Of a stretch of DNA of 64,000 nucleotides, positions 28,570 through 42,419 are shown in pieces. This DNA comes from Eledone cirrhosa (Eukaryota). The position numbers were made by a program, and so were the translations under genes. Every line of letters starts with the position of its first letter. The first letter of the stretch is position 1. Under the pieces are notes generated by a model, which worked only from the letters and a program-made list of their open reading frames with translations, did not search any database and was not told the origin of the DNA. The DNA is taken from positions 403,682,001 to 403,746,000 of the forward strand of contig OZ024741.1 in the NCBI GenBank assembly GCA_964016885.1. Reading direction: 5' to 3'.

Positions 28570-28705
28570 TTGGTGTTCAGGGTTCAATCCCGCCGAAGTC
28601 ATCCATATAGGATCGATAAAATAAAGTACCAGTTAAATACTGGGGACGATATAATCGCCCCCCCCCCCCTCCACTAAAATTGCTAGTCTTGTGCCTCAAT
28701 TAGAC
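28570..28705 (+). mobile_element. Degenerate SINE copy
   Basis: GGGTTCAATCCCGCCGAAGTC...GATCGATAAAATAAAGTACCAG...CTTGTGCC. Confidence 0.65.
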
Positions 28706-28802
28706 ATTGCTATTGCCATTTGAGGGTGGTGGATTGGTCACTTTCGTTAGGACATATATATTTTATAATTCAACTTTTCCAAATTCGTCTTATGTCAGCC
28801 AC

Positions 28803-28913
<111 letters not shown>

Positions 28914-29192
28914 TATAAAGTAAAGTATGTCCATAGAATCATTTGATAATATATATATATCATTTCTTTTCCCAGTTAGCATAATTAACCACACAAAAAA
29001 TCAATTAGACCAGGCTATAAGATTAAAAGGCACCTATGAAGAAACAGTAAATAAATAAACGATAGCAGCGTCTTCGCGGCCAACCGCTATAGAATATTTA
29101 CCCAACATTTCAACATGTGGAAATTAATTAAATATACGGTCAACCATACACAATTAGGTATATAATTAAAGTTAGAAATGCTTATATACATA

Positions 29193-29232
<40 letters not shown>

Positions 29233-29587
29233 CACATATATTGCCGTCAATACTCATCTTTTACCATCTTTTAGACGGTTTTAAACCACACTATCAGGTT
29301 AAAATTTCTTTACTCAAAAATACGGCGAAAGCCTCTATATCTACTAAATTTAAAAACTTCGCTCGCTGTTTCATATATACTGAAATCCAAAGAGGGCTCG
29401 ATAAGGAATATATATATCAAATATATAAGAACCGTAGAGCAAATATTTATTAAAATAACAGATTAAAGTTTAAGCAAAGAATCGCTGCTTTCACCCTTAA
29501 CGGGATCTTCTGAAACTAACAAAGTCAATCTGTAAACGCAGAACTGGATATTTCAAAAAACGTTGCAACCGGAGGAAGACAGGAAGA

Positions 29588-29623
<36 letters not shown>

Positions 29624-29625
<2 letters not shown>

Positions 29626-32229
29626 ATATAGACATAGAATATTCGAAAATATTCTGTATGTTTATAATAAACATTTTGAAGACCTAATCGCTATAGAATA
29701 GAATACGTCACGTATTACAATTAGATTCTCGATAAAAGCAAGGGAAGTAAGTCTACGCGTTTCATTCTTGTTAGAATTCATCAGGACTACATATCCAGTG
29801 CTTTTATCGAGAATGACACAGCTAGAGACTTATAGAATACTTAGCTGTGTACAGGAACTGGTTTGAAAGAGCGGTTGCCGGTCCGGCAGAAATTAGAAAT
29901 TGGAATAAATGCTCTGAAATAGCGATATATATGTGAATATAGACATAGAATATTCGAAAATATTCTGTATGTTTATAATAAACATTTTGAAGACCTAATC
30001 GCTATAGAATAGAATACGTCACGTATTACAATTAGATTCTCGATAAAAGCAAGGGAAGTAAGTCTACGCGTTTCATTCTTGTTAGAATTCATCAGGACTA
30101 CATATCCAGTGCTTTTATCGAGAATGACACAGCTAGAGACTTATAGAATACTTAGCTGTGTACAGGAACTGGTTTGAAAGAGCGGTTGCCGGTCCGGCAG
30201 AAATTAGAAATTGGAATAAATGCTCTGAAATAGCGATATATATGTGAATATAGACATAGAATATTCGAAAATATTCTGTATGTTTATAATAAACATTTTG
30301 AAGACCTAATCGCTATAGAATAGAATACGTCACGTATTACAATTAGATTCTCGATAAAAGCAAGGGAAGTAAGTCTACGCGTTTCATTCTTGTTAGAATT
30401 CATCAGGACTACATATCCAGTGCTTTTATCGAGAATGACACAGCTAGAGACTTATAGAATACTTAGCTGTGTACAGGAACTGGTTTGAAAGAGCGGTTGC
30501 CGGTCCGGCAGAAATTAGAAATTGGAATAAATGCTCTGAAATAGCGATATATATGTGAATATAGACATAGAATATTCGAAAATATTCTGTATGTTTATAA
30601 TAAACATTTTGAAGACCTAATCGCTATAGAATAGAATACGTCACGTATTACAATTAGATTCTCGATAAAAGCAAGGGAAGTAAGTCTACGCGTTTCATTC
30701 TTGTTAGAATTCATCAGGACTACATATCCAGTGCTTTTATCGAGAATGACACAGCTAGAGACTTATAGAATACTTAGCTGTGTACAGGAACTGGTTTGAA
30801 AGAGCGGTTGCCGGTCCGGCAGAAATTAGAAATTGGAATAAATGCTCTGAAATAGCGATATATATGTGAATATAGACATAGAATATTCGAAAATATTCTG
30901 TATGTTTATAATAAACATTTTGAAGACCTAATCGCTATAGAATAGAATACGTCACGTATTACAATTAGATTCTCGATAAAAGCAAGGGAAGTAAGTCTAC
31001 GCGTTTCATTCTTGTTAGAATTCATCAGGACTACATATCCAGTGCTTTTATCGAGAATGACACAGCTAGAGACTTATAGAATACTTAGCTGTGTACAGGA
31101 ACTGGTTTGAAAGAGCGGTTGCCGGTCCGGCAGAAATTAGAAATTGGAATAAATGCTCTGAAATAGCGATATATATGTGAATATAGACATAGAATATTCG
31201 AAAATATTCTGTATGTTTATAATAAACATTTTGAAGACCTAATCGCTATAGAATAGAATACGTCACGTATTACAATTAGATTCTCGATAAAAGCAAGGGA
31301 AGTAAGTCTACGCGTTTCATTCTTGTTAGAATTCATCAGGACTACATATCCAGTGCTTTTATCGAGAATGACACAGCTAGAGACTTATAGAATACTTAGC
31401 TGTGTACAGGAACTGGTTTGAAAGAGCGGTTGCCGGTCCGGCAGAAATTAGAAATTGGAATAAATGCTCTGAAATAGCGATATATATGTGAATATAGACA
31501 TAGAATATTCGAAAATATTCTGTATGTTTATAATAAACATTTTGAAGACCTAATCGCTATAGAATAGAATACGTCACGTATTACAATTAGATTCTCGATA
31601 AAAGCAAGGGAAGTAAGTCTACGCGTTTCATTCTTGTTAGAATTCATCAGGACTACATATCCAGTGCTTTTATCGAGAATGACACAGCTAGAGACTTATA
31701 GAATACTTAGCTGTGTACAGGAACTGGTTTGAAAGAGCGGTTGCCGGTCCGGCAGAAATTAGAAATTGGAATAAATGCTCTGAAATAGCGATATATATGT
31801 GAATATAGACATAGAATATTCGAAAATATTCTGTATGTTTATAATAAACATTTTGAAGACCTAATCGCTATAGAATAGAATACGTCACGTATTACAATTA
31901 GATTCTCGATAAAAGCAAGGGAAGTAAGTCTACGCGTTTCATTCTTGTTAGAATTCATCAGGACTACATATCCAGTGCTTTTATCGAGAATGACACAGCT
32001 AGAGACTTATAGAATACTTAGCTGTGTACAGGAACTGGTTTGAAAGAGCGGTTGCCGGTCCGGCAGAAATTAGAAATTGGAATAAATGCTCTGAAATAGC
32101 GATATATATGTGAATATAGACATAGAATATTCGAAAATATTCTGTATGTTTATAATAAACATTTTGAAGACCTAATCGCTATAGAATAGAATACGTCACG
32201 TATTACAATTAGATTCTCGATAAAAGCAA
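29624..32229 (-). repeat. 311-bp hammerhead-ribozyme tandem array, inverted arm (8.4 units; ribozyme on the - strand)
   Basis: Period 311 (GTCCGGCAGA at 29881, 30192, 30503...). Reverse complement of the unit at 32230-35349. Confidence 0.95.
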
Positions 32230-35200
32230 TTATTCCAATTTCTAATTTCTGCCGGACCGGCAACCGCTCTTTCAAACCAGTTCCTGTACACAGCTAAGTA
32301 TTCTATAAGTCTCTAGCTGTGTCATTCTCGATAAAAGCACTGGATATGTAGTCCTGATGAATTCTAACAAGAATGAAACGCGTAGACTTACTTCCCTTGC
32401 TTTTATCGAGAATCTAATTGTAATACGTGACGTATTCTATTCTATAGCGATTAGGTCTTCAAAATGTTTATTATAAACATACAGAATATTTTCGAATATT
32501 CTATGTCTATATTCACATATATATCGCTATTTCAGAGCATTTATTCCAATTTCTAATTTCTGCCGGACCGGCAACCGCTCTTTCAAACCAGTTCCTGTAC
32601 ACAGCTAAGTATTCTATAAGTCTCTAGCTGTGTCATTCTCGATAAAAGCACTGGATATGTAGTCCTGATGAATTCTAACAAGAATGAAACGCGTAGACTT
32701 ACTTCCCTTGCTTTTATCGAGAATCTAATTGTAATACGTGACGTATTCTATTCTATAGCGATTAGGTCTTCAAAATGTTTATTATAAACATACAGAATAT
32801 TTTCGAATATTCTATGTCTATATTCACATATATATCGCTATTTCAGAGCATTTATTCCAATTTCTAATTTCTGCCGGACCGGCAACCGCTCTTTCAAACC
32901 AGTTCCTGTACACAGCTAAGTATTCTATAAGTCTCTAGCTGTGTCATTCTCGATAAAAGCACTGGATATGTAGTCCTGATGAATTCTAACAAGAATGAAA
33001 CGCGTAGACTTACTTCCCTTGCTTTTATCGAGAATCTAATTGTAATACGTGACGTATTCTATTCTATAGCGATTAGGTCTTCAAAATGTTTATTATAAAC
33101 ATACAGAATATTTTCGAATATTCTATGTCTATATTCACATATATATCGCTATTTCAGAGCATTTATTCCAATTTCTAATTTCTGCCGGACCGGCAACCGC
33201 TCTTTCAAACCAGTTCCTGTACACAGCTAAGTATTCTATAAGTCTCTAGCTGTGTCATTCTCGATAAAAGCACTGGATATGTAGTCCTGATGAATTCTAA
33301 CAAGAATGAAACGCGTAGACTTACTTCCCTTGCTTTTATCGAGAATCTAATTGTAATACGTGACGTATTCTATTCTATAGCGATTAGGTCTTCAAAATGT
33401 TTATTATAAACATACAGAATATTTTCGAATATTCTATGTCTATATTCACATATATATCGCTATTTCAGAGCATTTATTCCAATTTCTAATTTCTGCCGGA
33501 CCGGCAACCGCTCTTTCAAACCAGTTCCTGTACACAGCTAAGTATTCTATAAGTCTCTAGCTGTGTCATTCTCGATAAAAGCACTGGATATGTAGTCCTG
33601 ATGAATTCTAACAAGAATGAAACGCGTAGACTTACTTCCCTTGCTTTTATCGAGAATCTAATTGTAATACGTGACGTATTCTATTCTATAGCGATTAGGT
33701 CTTCAAAATGTTTATTATAAACATACAGAATATTTTCGAATATTCTATGTCTATATTCACATATATATCGCTATTTCAGAGCATTTATTCCAATTTCTAA
33801 TTTCTGCCGGACCGGCAACCGCTCTTTCAAACCAGTTCCTGTACACAGCTAAGTATTCTATAAGTCTCTAGCTGTGTCATTCTCGATAAAAGCACTGGAT
33901 ATGTAGTCCTGATGAATTCTAACAAGAATGAAACGCGTAGACTTACTTCCCTTGCTTTTATCGAGAATCTAATTGTAATACGTGACGTATTCTATTCTAT
34001 AGCGATTAGGTCTTCAAAATGTTTATTATAAACATACAGAATATTTTCGAATATTCTATGTCTATATTCACATATATATCGCTATTTCAGAGCATTTATT
34101 CCAATTTCTAATTTCTGCCGGACCGGCAACCGCTCTTTCAAACCAGTTCCTGTACACAGCTAAGTATTCTATAAGTCTCTAGCTGTGTCATTCTCGATAA
34201 AAGCACTGGATATGTAGTCCTGATGAATTCTAACAAGAATGAAACGCGTAGACTTACTTCCCTTGCTTTTATCGAGAATCTAATTGTAATACGTGACGTA
34301 TTCTATTCTATAGCGATTAGGTCTTCAAAATGTTTATTATAAACATACAGAATATTTTCGAATATTCTATGTCTATATTCACATATATATCGCTATTTCA
34401 GAGCATTTATTCCAATTTCTAATTTCTGCCGGACCGGCAACCGCTCTTTCAAACCAGTTCCTGTACACAGCTAAGTATTCTATAAGTCTCTAGCTGTGTC
34501 ATTCTCGATAAAAGCACTGGATATGTAGTCCTGATGAATTCTAACAAGAATGAAACGCGTAGACTTACTTCCCTTGCTTTTATCGAGAATCTAATTGTAA
34601 TACGTGACGTATTCTATTCTATAGCGATTAGGTCTTCAAAATGTTTATTATAAACATACAGAATATTTTCGAATATTCTATGTCTATATTCACATATATA
34701 TCGCTATTTCAGAGCATTTATTCCAATTTCTAATTTCTGCCGGACCGGCAACCGCTCTTTCAAACCAGTTCCTGTACACAGCTAAGTATTCTATAAGTCT
34801 CTAGCTGTGTCATTCTCGATAAAAGCACTGGATATGTAGTCCTGATGAATTCTAACAAGAATGAAACGCGTAGACTTACTTCCCTTGCTTTTATCGAGAA
34901 TCTAATTGTAATACGTGACGTATTCTATTCTATAGCGATTAGGTCTTCAAAATGTTTATTATAAACATACAGAATATTTTCGAATATTCTATGTCTATAT
35001 TCACATATATATCGCTATTTCAGAGCATTTATTCCAATTTCTAATTTCTGCCGGACCGGCAACCGCTCTTTCAAACCAGTTCCTGTACACAGCTAAGTAT
35101 TCTATAAGTCTCTAGCTGTGTCATTCTCGATAAAAGCACTGGATATGTAGTCCTGATGAATTCTAACAAGAATGAAACGCGTAGACTTACTTCCCTTGCT

Positions 35201-35343
35201 TTTATCGAGAATCTAATTGTAATACGTGACGTATTCTATTCTATAGCGATTAGGTCTTCAAAATGTTTATTATAAACATACAGAATATTTTCGAATATTC
35301 TATGTCTATATTCACATATATATCGCTATTTCAGAGCATTTAT

Positions 35344-35349
<6 letters not shown>
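32230..35349 (+). repeat. 311-bp hammerhead-ribozyme tandem array, sense arm (10 units + 10 bp); candidate non-LTR retrozyme
   Basis: Starts and ends with TTATTCCAAT and is followed by (TA)n. Each unit has CTGATGA...GAAAC GC GTA. Confidence 0.93.
32324..32413 (+). ncRNA. Type I hammerhead ribozyme (first of 10 + strand copies; 8 more complete copies on the - strand)
   Basis: Stem I GTAGTC/GAC(T)TAC, extended through an internal loop by a perfect 16-bp ATTCTCGATAAAAGCA/TGCTTTTATCGAGAAT helix. Core CTGATGA (32354-60), stem II ATTCT-AACA-AGAAT, GAAA, palindromic minimal stem III ACGCGT. Predicted GUA cleavage after 32384. Confidence 0.9.
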
Positions 35350-35382
<33 letters not shown>

Positions 35383-35972
35383 GTTAGAGAAGCAAAAAGT
35401 TGCTTATTGTGATCCAGTTTTTGGTTAAGAAAGCCAGTTTCATGAATGGTTTCAACGTACGGTTAGGGGTAACTCTACAAGTTTCTAAGAATTCCGTTCA
35501 ATCTTGGAGTATAAAGTATAAAAGAGAAAACACAGGTAAGCATTAAGAGAAGGATTTTATCCAGGTATTTACGACCGTTTCATTGGTAAGTGCAACCTTA
35601 TATTGCTATACTGCAAATAGCAGCCACTCAATTATAATTGTTGTTCACAGTCCAAATTTTCAAAATAGTAAGTTACTCTTGAAATAATTCTTAATATATA
35701 GAGAAAAATATTTATTTGGAATTGTATTTACTAGTATAGAGAGAGAGGGATCAGGGGGTGAGGGGACAGACGGCATAGTATAGAGAGAGAGGAAGGGGGA
35801 AGAGGTAGGAAGTAGAGTGACAAACTGAGATGGAGGGAGGGGTAGAGGTAGAAGGATTCCTTGGTCAGTTTTGATAGCAGACTTCATGTCTGGAGTGTAG
35901 TGAGTTAAAGAGAATTAAATAGATAATAGTGGGAGGGATGGATAGAGAGGGAGAGAGAGAGAGAGAGGGGGG

Positions 35973-36015
<43 letters not shown>

Positions 36016-36295
36016 ACATTAATATCTTTATCTTTATTTTATATATATATATATATATATATAAAATAAAGATAAAGATAATAATGACAAAAATAAAAGC
36101 AAAGAAGGGGGTGAGAAAGAAGAAAAGAAAAGATAGCCAAGAAGGGGAGGGAAGGAAGGAAGAAAACGAAGAAATAGAAGAGGAATGAGTGTGAAGAGGG
36201 AGATATATGTGTTGGTTTTGTGGGTAATTAAAGGGTTTAGATATAAGAGGGTATAAAGTCTAAGTATATGCAGTTTGTCAGTTGGTAGTAAGAGG

Positions 36296-37987
36296 TTAAG
36301 GGTTCGATTTGTAGTGCGAAAACTTCTCTTTGAGTCTATGGTTACAATAAATTGATCTCTCGATTTTATTGTTGAGTAACCTATTCTTCGAACTTAAGAT
36401 GTGGAACAGCTCAAGGTCACATAATCGACAGCTTCTCATACCACTCCGATATGGGGGCGCGTTTGATAATTTTTTCCACTTCAGGGTGTATTGATGGTTA
36501 CTTTCTCTCAGTTGCCAGGTCTTGTTTGCAAGGGTAGTTACATAACGGTGCTGGGAATGTTTCATTGCGTAACGGTGTGTATACCAACGGGCTTTAAATG
36601 TATTCCCAGTCGCTCCGATGTAATACCATTTCTGGTTGTCTGATTCCACTGTGCATTGGTAAACCAGGTTAGACTGCATGCATTCATTTTGTAATGGACA
36701 GGTTTCAGGTAGGTGGCAGTTACATTTCTTGTCATGGGCAACTTTGGCATTATTTGTGGGCTGCGATGCCTGAATAAGTGTGTTACGTTTTGTTTGCCTA
36801 TTAGCGGGTGGTTGTGTATTAGATATTCTGTTGTGTTCGGTGGTAATTGTATTGTTATTGTTGTAAATCTGTGTTTTGGTGTTGTTATGTATCTTTTTAG
36901 CGTTAAGCATCTTAATGTGTGCCTTTATATTTGGTGCCGTGGAGTAAGATAGTCTAATAGATTTAGTGTTAAGGATTTTGCTGTATCTATGTGAGTCTGG
37001 GAAGTGCTTATTTATTATTCTAAAGAAAGTAGAGGGTAAGTTAGTACTAATAGAGGTGTTAAATATGGGGTTATACCAAATATATTTTCTACTGCGTGAC
37101 TTTGATTTCGATGTTGTATTTCTATTTGTCGTATACTTTGCAGTTCTATGCGTAAATGTGTGTATGCGTGTGTTTCTGGAGTTTGTGTTATGCGTGCTCG
37201 TGTGCGCTTCACGGAGGCTTTCATCTATATATTCTACTCTATCTAAGTGGCATGCCTTGTCTAATGCGGTATTGTAGTATTCTGTATGTTCTTCGAAGAT
37301 TTGTCGGTTAGACGAGAGGCGGGAGATCCTAAGGCATATGCTGCGTGGAATGGATTTAATTATTGATAGTGGGTGGTTTGAGTTACAGTTGATGTATGCT
37401 AAGTTTTCATTAATCCTGTGAAAAGGTCTTATAAGTCCCGTATTTAGGTTAAGCGTCACATCTAGAAAGTTAACTGTTTTAGTGCTATACTCATACGTTA
37501 TGCTAAGGCCTAGTTTTCCGAGAGTCTTTCTAATATTCTTACGGAGTCTTTCTATGCTCTGGTTATTTAGGCTCTTAACTAGGAGAAGAGCGTCGTCTCT
37601 GTAGATTCCACCGTGAAGGTCGCTAAACTCGGTGTGTAAACTATGGGCTATGTAAATTCCTACTAAGTCTGTGACTTGAGCCGAGTCGTTAGTCCCCATC
37701 GTGATGTCGAAGTTATTTAATCTATCCTTACGTTCCCAGTAGGCGTTTTCAAATTTAATTATTGTTTTCCTAGCGGTTAATATGATTTTTATCTCGTCGT
37801 CTGTTATGTCAGAATTGGCTTTGGCGAATGCTAAGGCTTTATCCAAGGTGTTGGGGGATATAGATGAGTAATAATCGTTAATGTCAAATTGTATGAATTT
37901 AGATACTTCTTTGTTAGCTATATTGTTAAACCACTTAATTGTTTCGGTAGCGTTACCCAATAGTTTAATGACTAGTTTATTCTTCAT
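36296..37987 (-). CDS. Penelope-like RT + C-terminal GIY-YIG endonuclease (reading frame stays open upstream to ~38100)
   Basis: RT motifs QFDINDYYSSI, ITMG, GIYRDDALL and VNFLDVTLNL. CNC...CPL...C linker, then LVYQCTV...YYIGATGNTFKARWYTH and CRLCDLE. The in-frame upstream segment reads FKDHKVNF..PTIRLICPSKSDIGKISK. Confidence 0.9.
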   Translation of the reverse strand: MKNKLVIKLLGNATETIKWFNNIANKEVSKFIQFDINDYYSSISPNTLDKALAFAKANSDITDDEIKIILTARKTIIKFENAYWERKDRLNNFDITMGTNDSAQVTDLVGIYIAHSLHTEFSDLHGGIYRDDALLLVKSLNNQSIERLRKNIRKTLGKLGLSITYEYSTKTVNFLDVTLNLNTGLIRPFHRINENLAYINCNSNHPLSIIKSIPRSICLRISRLSSNRQIFEEHTEYYNTALDKACHLDRVEYIDESLREAHTSTHNTNSRNTRIHTFTHRTAKYTTNRNTTSKSKSRSRKYIWYNPIFNTSISTNLPSTFFRIINKHFPDSHRYSKILNTKSIRLSYSTAPNIKAHIKMLNAKKIHNNTKTQIYNNNNTITTEHNRISNTQPPANRQTKRNTLIQASQPTNNAKVAHDKKCNCHLPETCPLQNECMQSNLVYQCTVESDNQKWYYIGATGNTFKARWYTHRYAMKHSQHRYVTTLANKTWQLRESNHQYTLKWKKLSNAPPYRSGMRSCRLCDLELFHILSSKNRLLNNKIERSIYCNHRLKEKFSHYKSNP

Positions 37988-38075
37988 TTGTGCTAACCCT
38001 CTGTCTAATATATGTTTACTAATTTTCCCAATGTCCGATTTGGACGGGCATATAAGTCTAATTGTGGGGTTATAA

Positions 38076-38471
38076 TCAAAATTTACCTTGTGGTCCTTGA
38101 AGGTTAAATGTGGGGGTACATGGCCTAAGTGGCTCCGTTCTGTCCTCTATTCCTAGGTGTTTGACTATATTGTGTGCCTCGTTGTTGATGTTTATCAGTG
38201 CCGCCTCATTTGTTTTTTTGTATTTCCTATGTAATTCCTTCCGTATGAAGCTATTGTAGGTATTAACATCCATCGTATACACATTTGAGGTTTTGTCCGC
38301 TTTGACAATAATTCCATTGGTGGTTCGCAGCTTTTTTAGGAATGTATTTATGTCATTCTGGAGTTTATTATTCCTCCGCTTTTTGAATTTGATATTCATA
38401 ATCATCTTCAGTAAGTCTTGTTCAAAGGAGGTCATGTATGTATACATGCAATATAAGGTTGCACTTACCAA
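38076..38471 (-). pseudogene. Frameshifted upstream part of the same Penelope ORF
   Basis: SFEQDL..IMNIKF and IIVKADKTSNVYTM, the (P/K)ADK motif that precedes PLE RT. The first few codons derive from the inverted pLTR. Confidence 0.82.
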
Positions 38472-38535
38472 TGAAACGGTCGTAAATACCTGGATAAAAT
38501 CCTTCTCTTAATGCTTACCTGTGTTTTCACTCTTA

Positions 38536-38575
<40 letters not shown>

Positions 38576-38859
38576 AAACACAATATCAACTCCCTCGTAA
38601 CTCATATTATAAACAACTAATAATTGCAAATCATCTTTTTAATGAAAATACATATGCTATTATTAAAATATATTTAGATATTTAGATATTTAACCCACTA
38701 CAATATTATAATAAGATAAATACTTACAAACATAATTCTCCATATAAATATATACATAATATAGGTAAATATTCGAATTTATTTCCCTCAAATTAACGTA
38801 TATAAGTGGTCTTCTTTTTTGCCTTTTCCTTTTTTCTGTTTCCTTCTTCTTCTTCTTTT

Positions 38860-41252
<2,393 letters not shown>

Positions 41253-41253
<1 letters not shown>

Positions 41254-41805
41254 TGGTTACACAACAGTTAGTTCACCATACCGAGAACAATTGTTTCACC
41301 TTAGCGGATCCTCAGCTCGTAATGGACATGGTTATGCGGAACAGGAAGGACAACCGTACGAACGCGCATGCGCAGAAACCGTCACTTCACACAGGCAATA
41401 CTAAAAACCGTGCGAGAGGTGTAAGGGAGATAACTGCGAAAGTCCGAAAAGTTTCTAGTTGATAAGAAAATTAGGATGTTGTGATACAAAGCTCCGGATT
41501 GAATCACAACATCCTAATTTTCTTATCAACTAGAAACTTTTCGGACTTTCGCAGTTATCTCCCTTACACCTCTCGCACGGTTTTTAGTATTGCCTGTGTG
41601 AAGTGACGGTTTCTGCGCATGCGCGTTCGTACGGTTGTCCTTCCTGTTCCGTATAACCATGTCCATTACGAGCTGAGGATCCGCTAAGGTGAAACAATTA
41701 TTGTCGGTATGGTGAACTAACTGTTGTGTAACCACATCTACCTAACTCGTCCCATGGACTGAGTGCTCTACCACTACGGATATTACCTTCCAGTGTTCTA
41801 CCACT
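41253..41805 (+). mobile_element. Fold-back hammerhead mini-element (pLTR-only, Penelope-type): ~235-bp inverted arms plus a 70-bp 3' extension, between TA runs
   Basis: 41253-41485 is the reverse complement of 41503-41735. The left arm (- strand) reads CGAG-CTGAGGA-TCCGCTAAGGT-GAAAC-AATT-GTT-CTCG. Confidence 0.8.
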
Positions 41806-42419
41806 ATATATATATGTGTATATGCAGTGGCGTAGCTAGGGTGTGGCAAGCAGGGCACATGCCACGGGCGCCATATTTAGGGGGGGGGCGCAATTGCGAC
41901 CTAGATCAATTTACATCCATGTCATTTTTATCATTTTAAAAAATATAAGCCAAAAATGAAGCATATGATTTCTTGATAGCCGAGTTCCACGCCATGTCTA
42001 GTGCACTAGATAGAGCAGATGTCTCATTTGACTTCACAAAAACGCCCCCCCCCCCCTCAACACTGACAGCAGGGTGGGTTGCAATTATGCGGGCGGTATT
42101 TTTAGCTATACATTCCAAAACAGCGGATACCTCACTTGACCTCACAAAACCGCCCCCCCCCACACACAGACTGAAGGGATGTAGTTTTGGACGTGCAACT
42201 GGTGGACACTCAGGCGCTATTTTTAGCAATGCATTGCAATGACCAATACAAGATAATTATAATTATGAAGCTGGTTTACAAAACAGAGTAGTTTGTCTTT
42301 TACAACTGGTACATAAGACGTATAGAAAAGGTATCATAATCCAAATGGCCAGATAGGATCGGATAGCTTCTATTAGGAATTCAATTTGACTCCAGTTTAG
42401 ATGGTTCAATGTTTTCTTC

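Larger units (their letters stand above)
35372..38540 (-). mobile_element. Penelope-like retroelement, 5'-truncated, with a 3' pseudo-LTR and an inverted partial pLTR at its 5' end, inserted in (TA)n
   Basis: RT + GIY-YIG ORF. 38448-38540 is the reverse complement of ~35515-35607. Both ends abut TA runs. Confidence 0.92.

Noticed and set aside
41253-41735. Pair of near-identical 69-aa ORFs on opposite strands
   Set aside because: They mirror each other because of the inverted repeat, have GTG starts, and show no recognisable domain.
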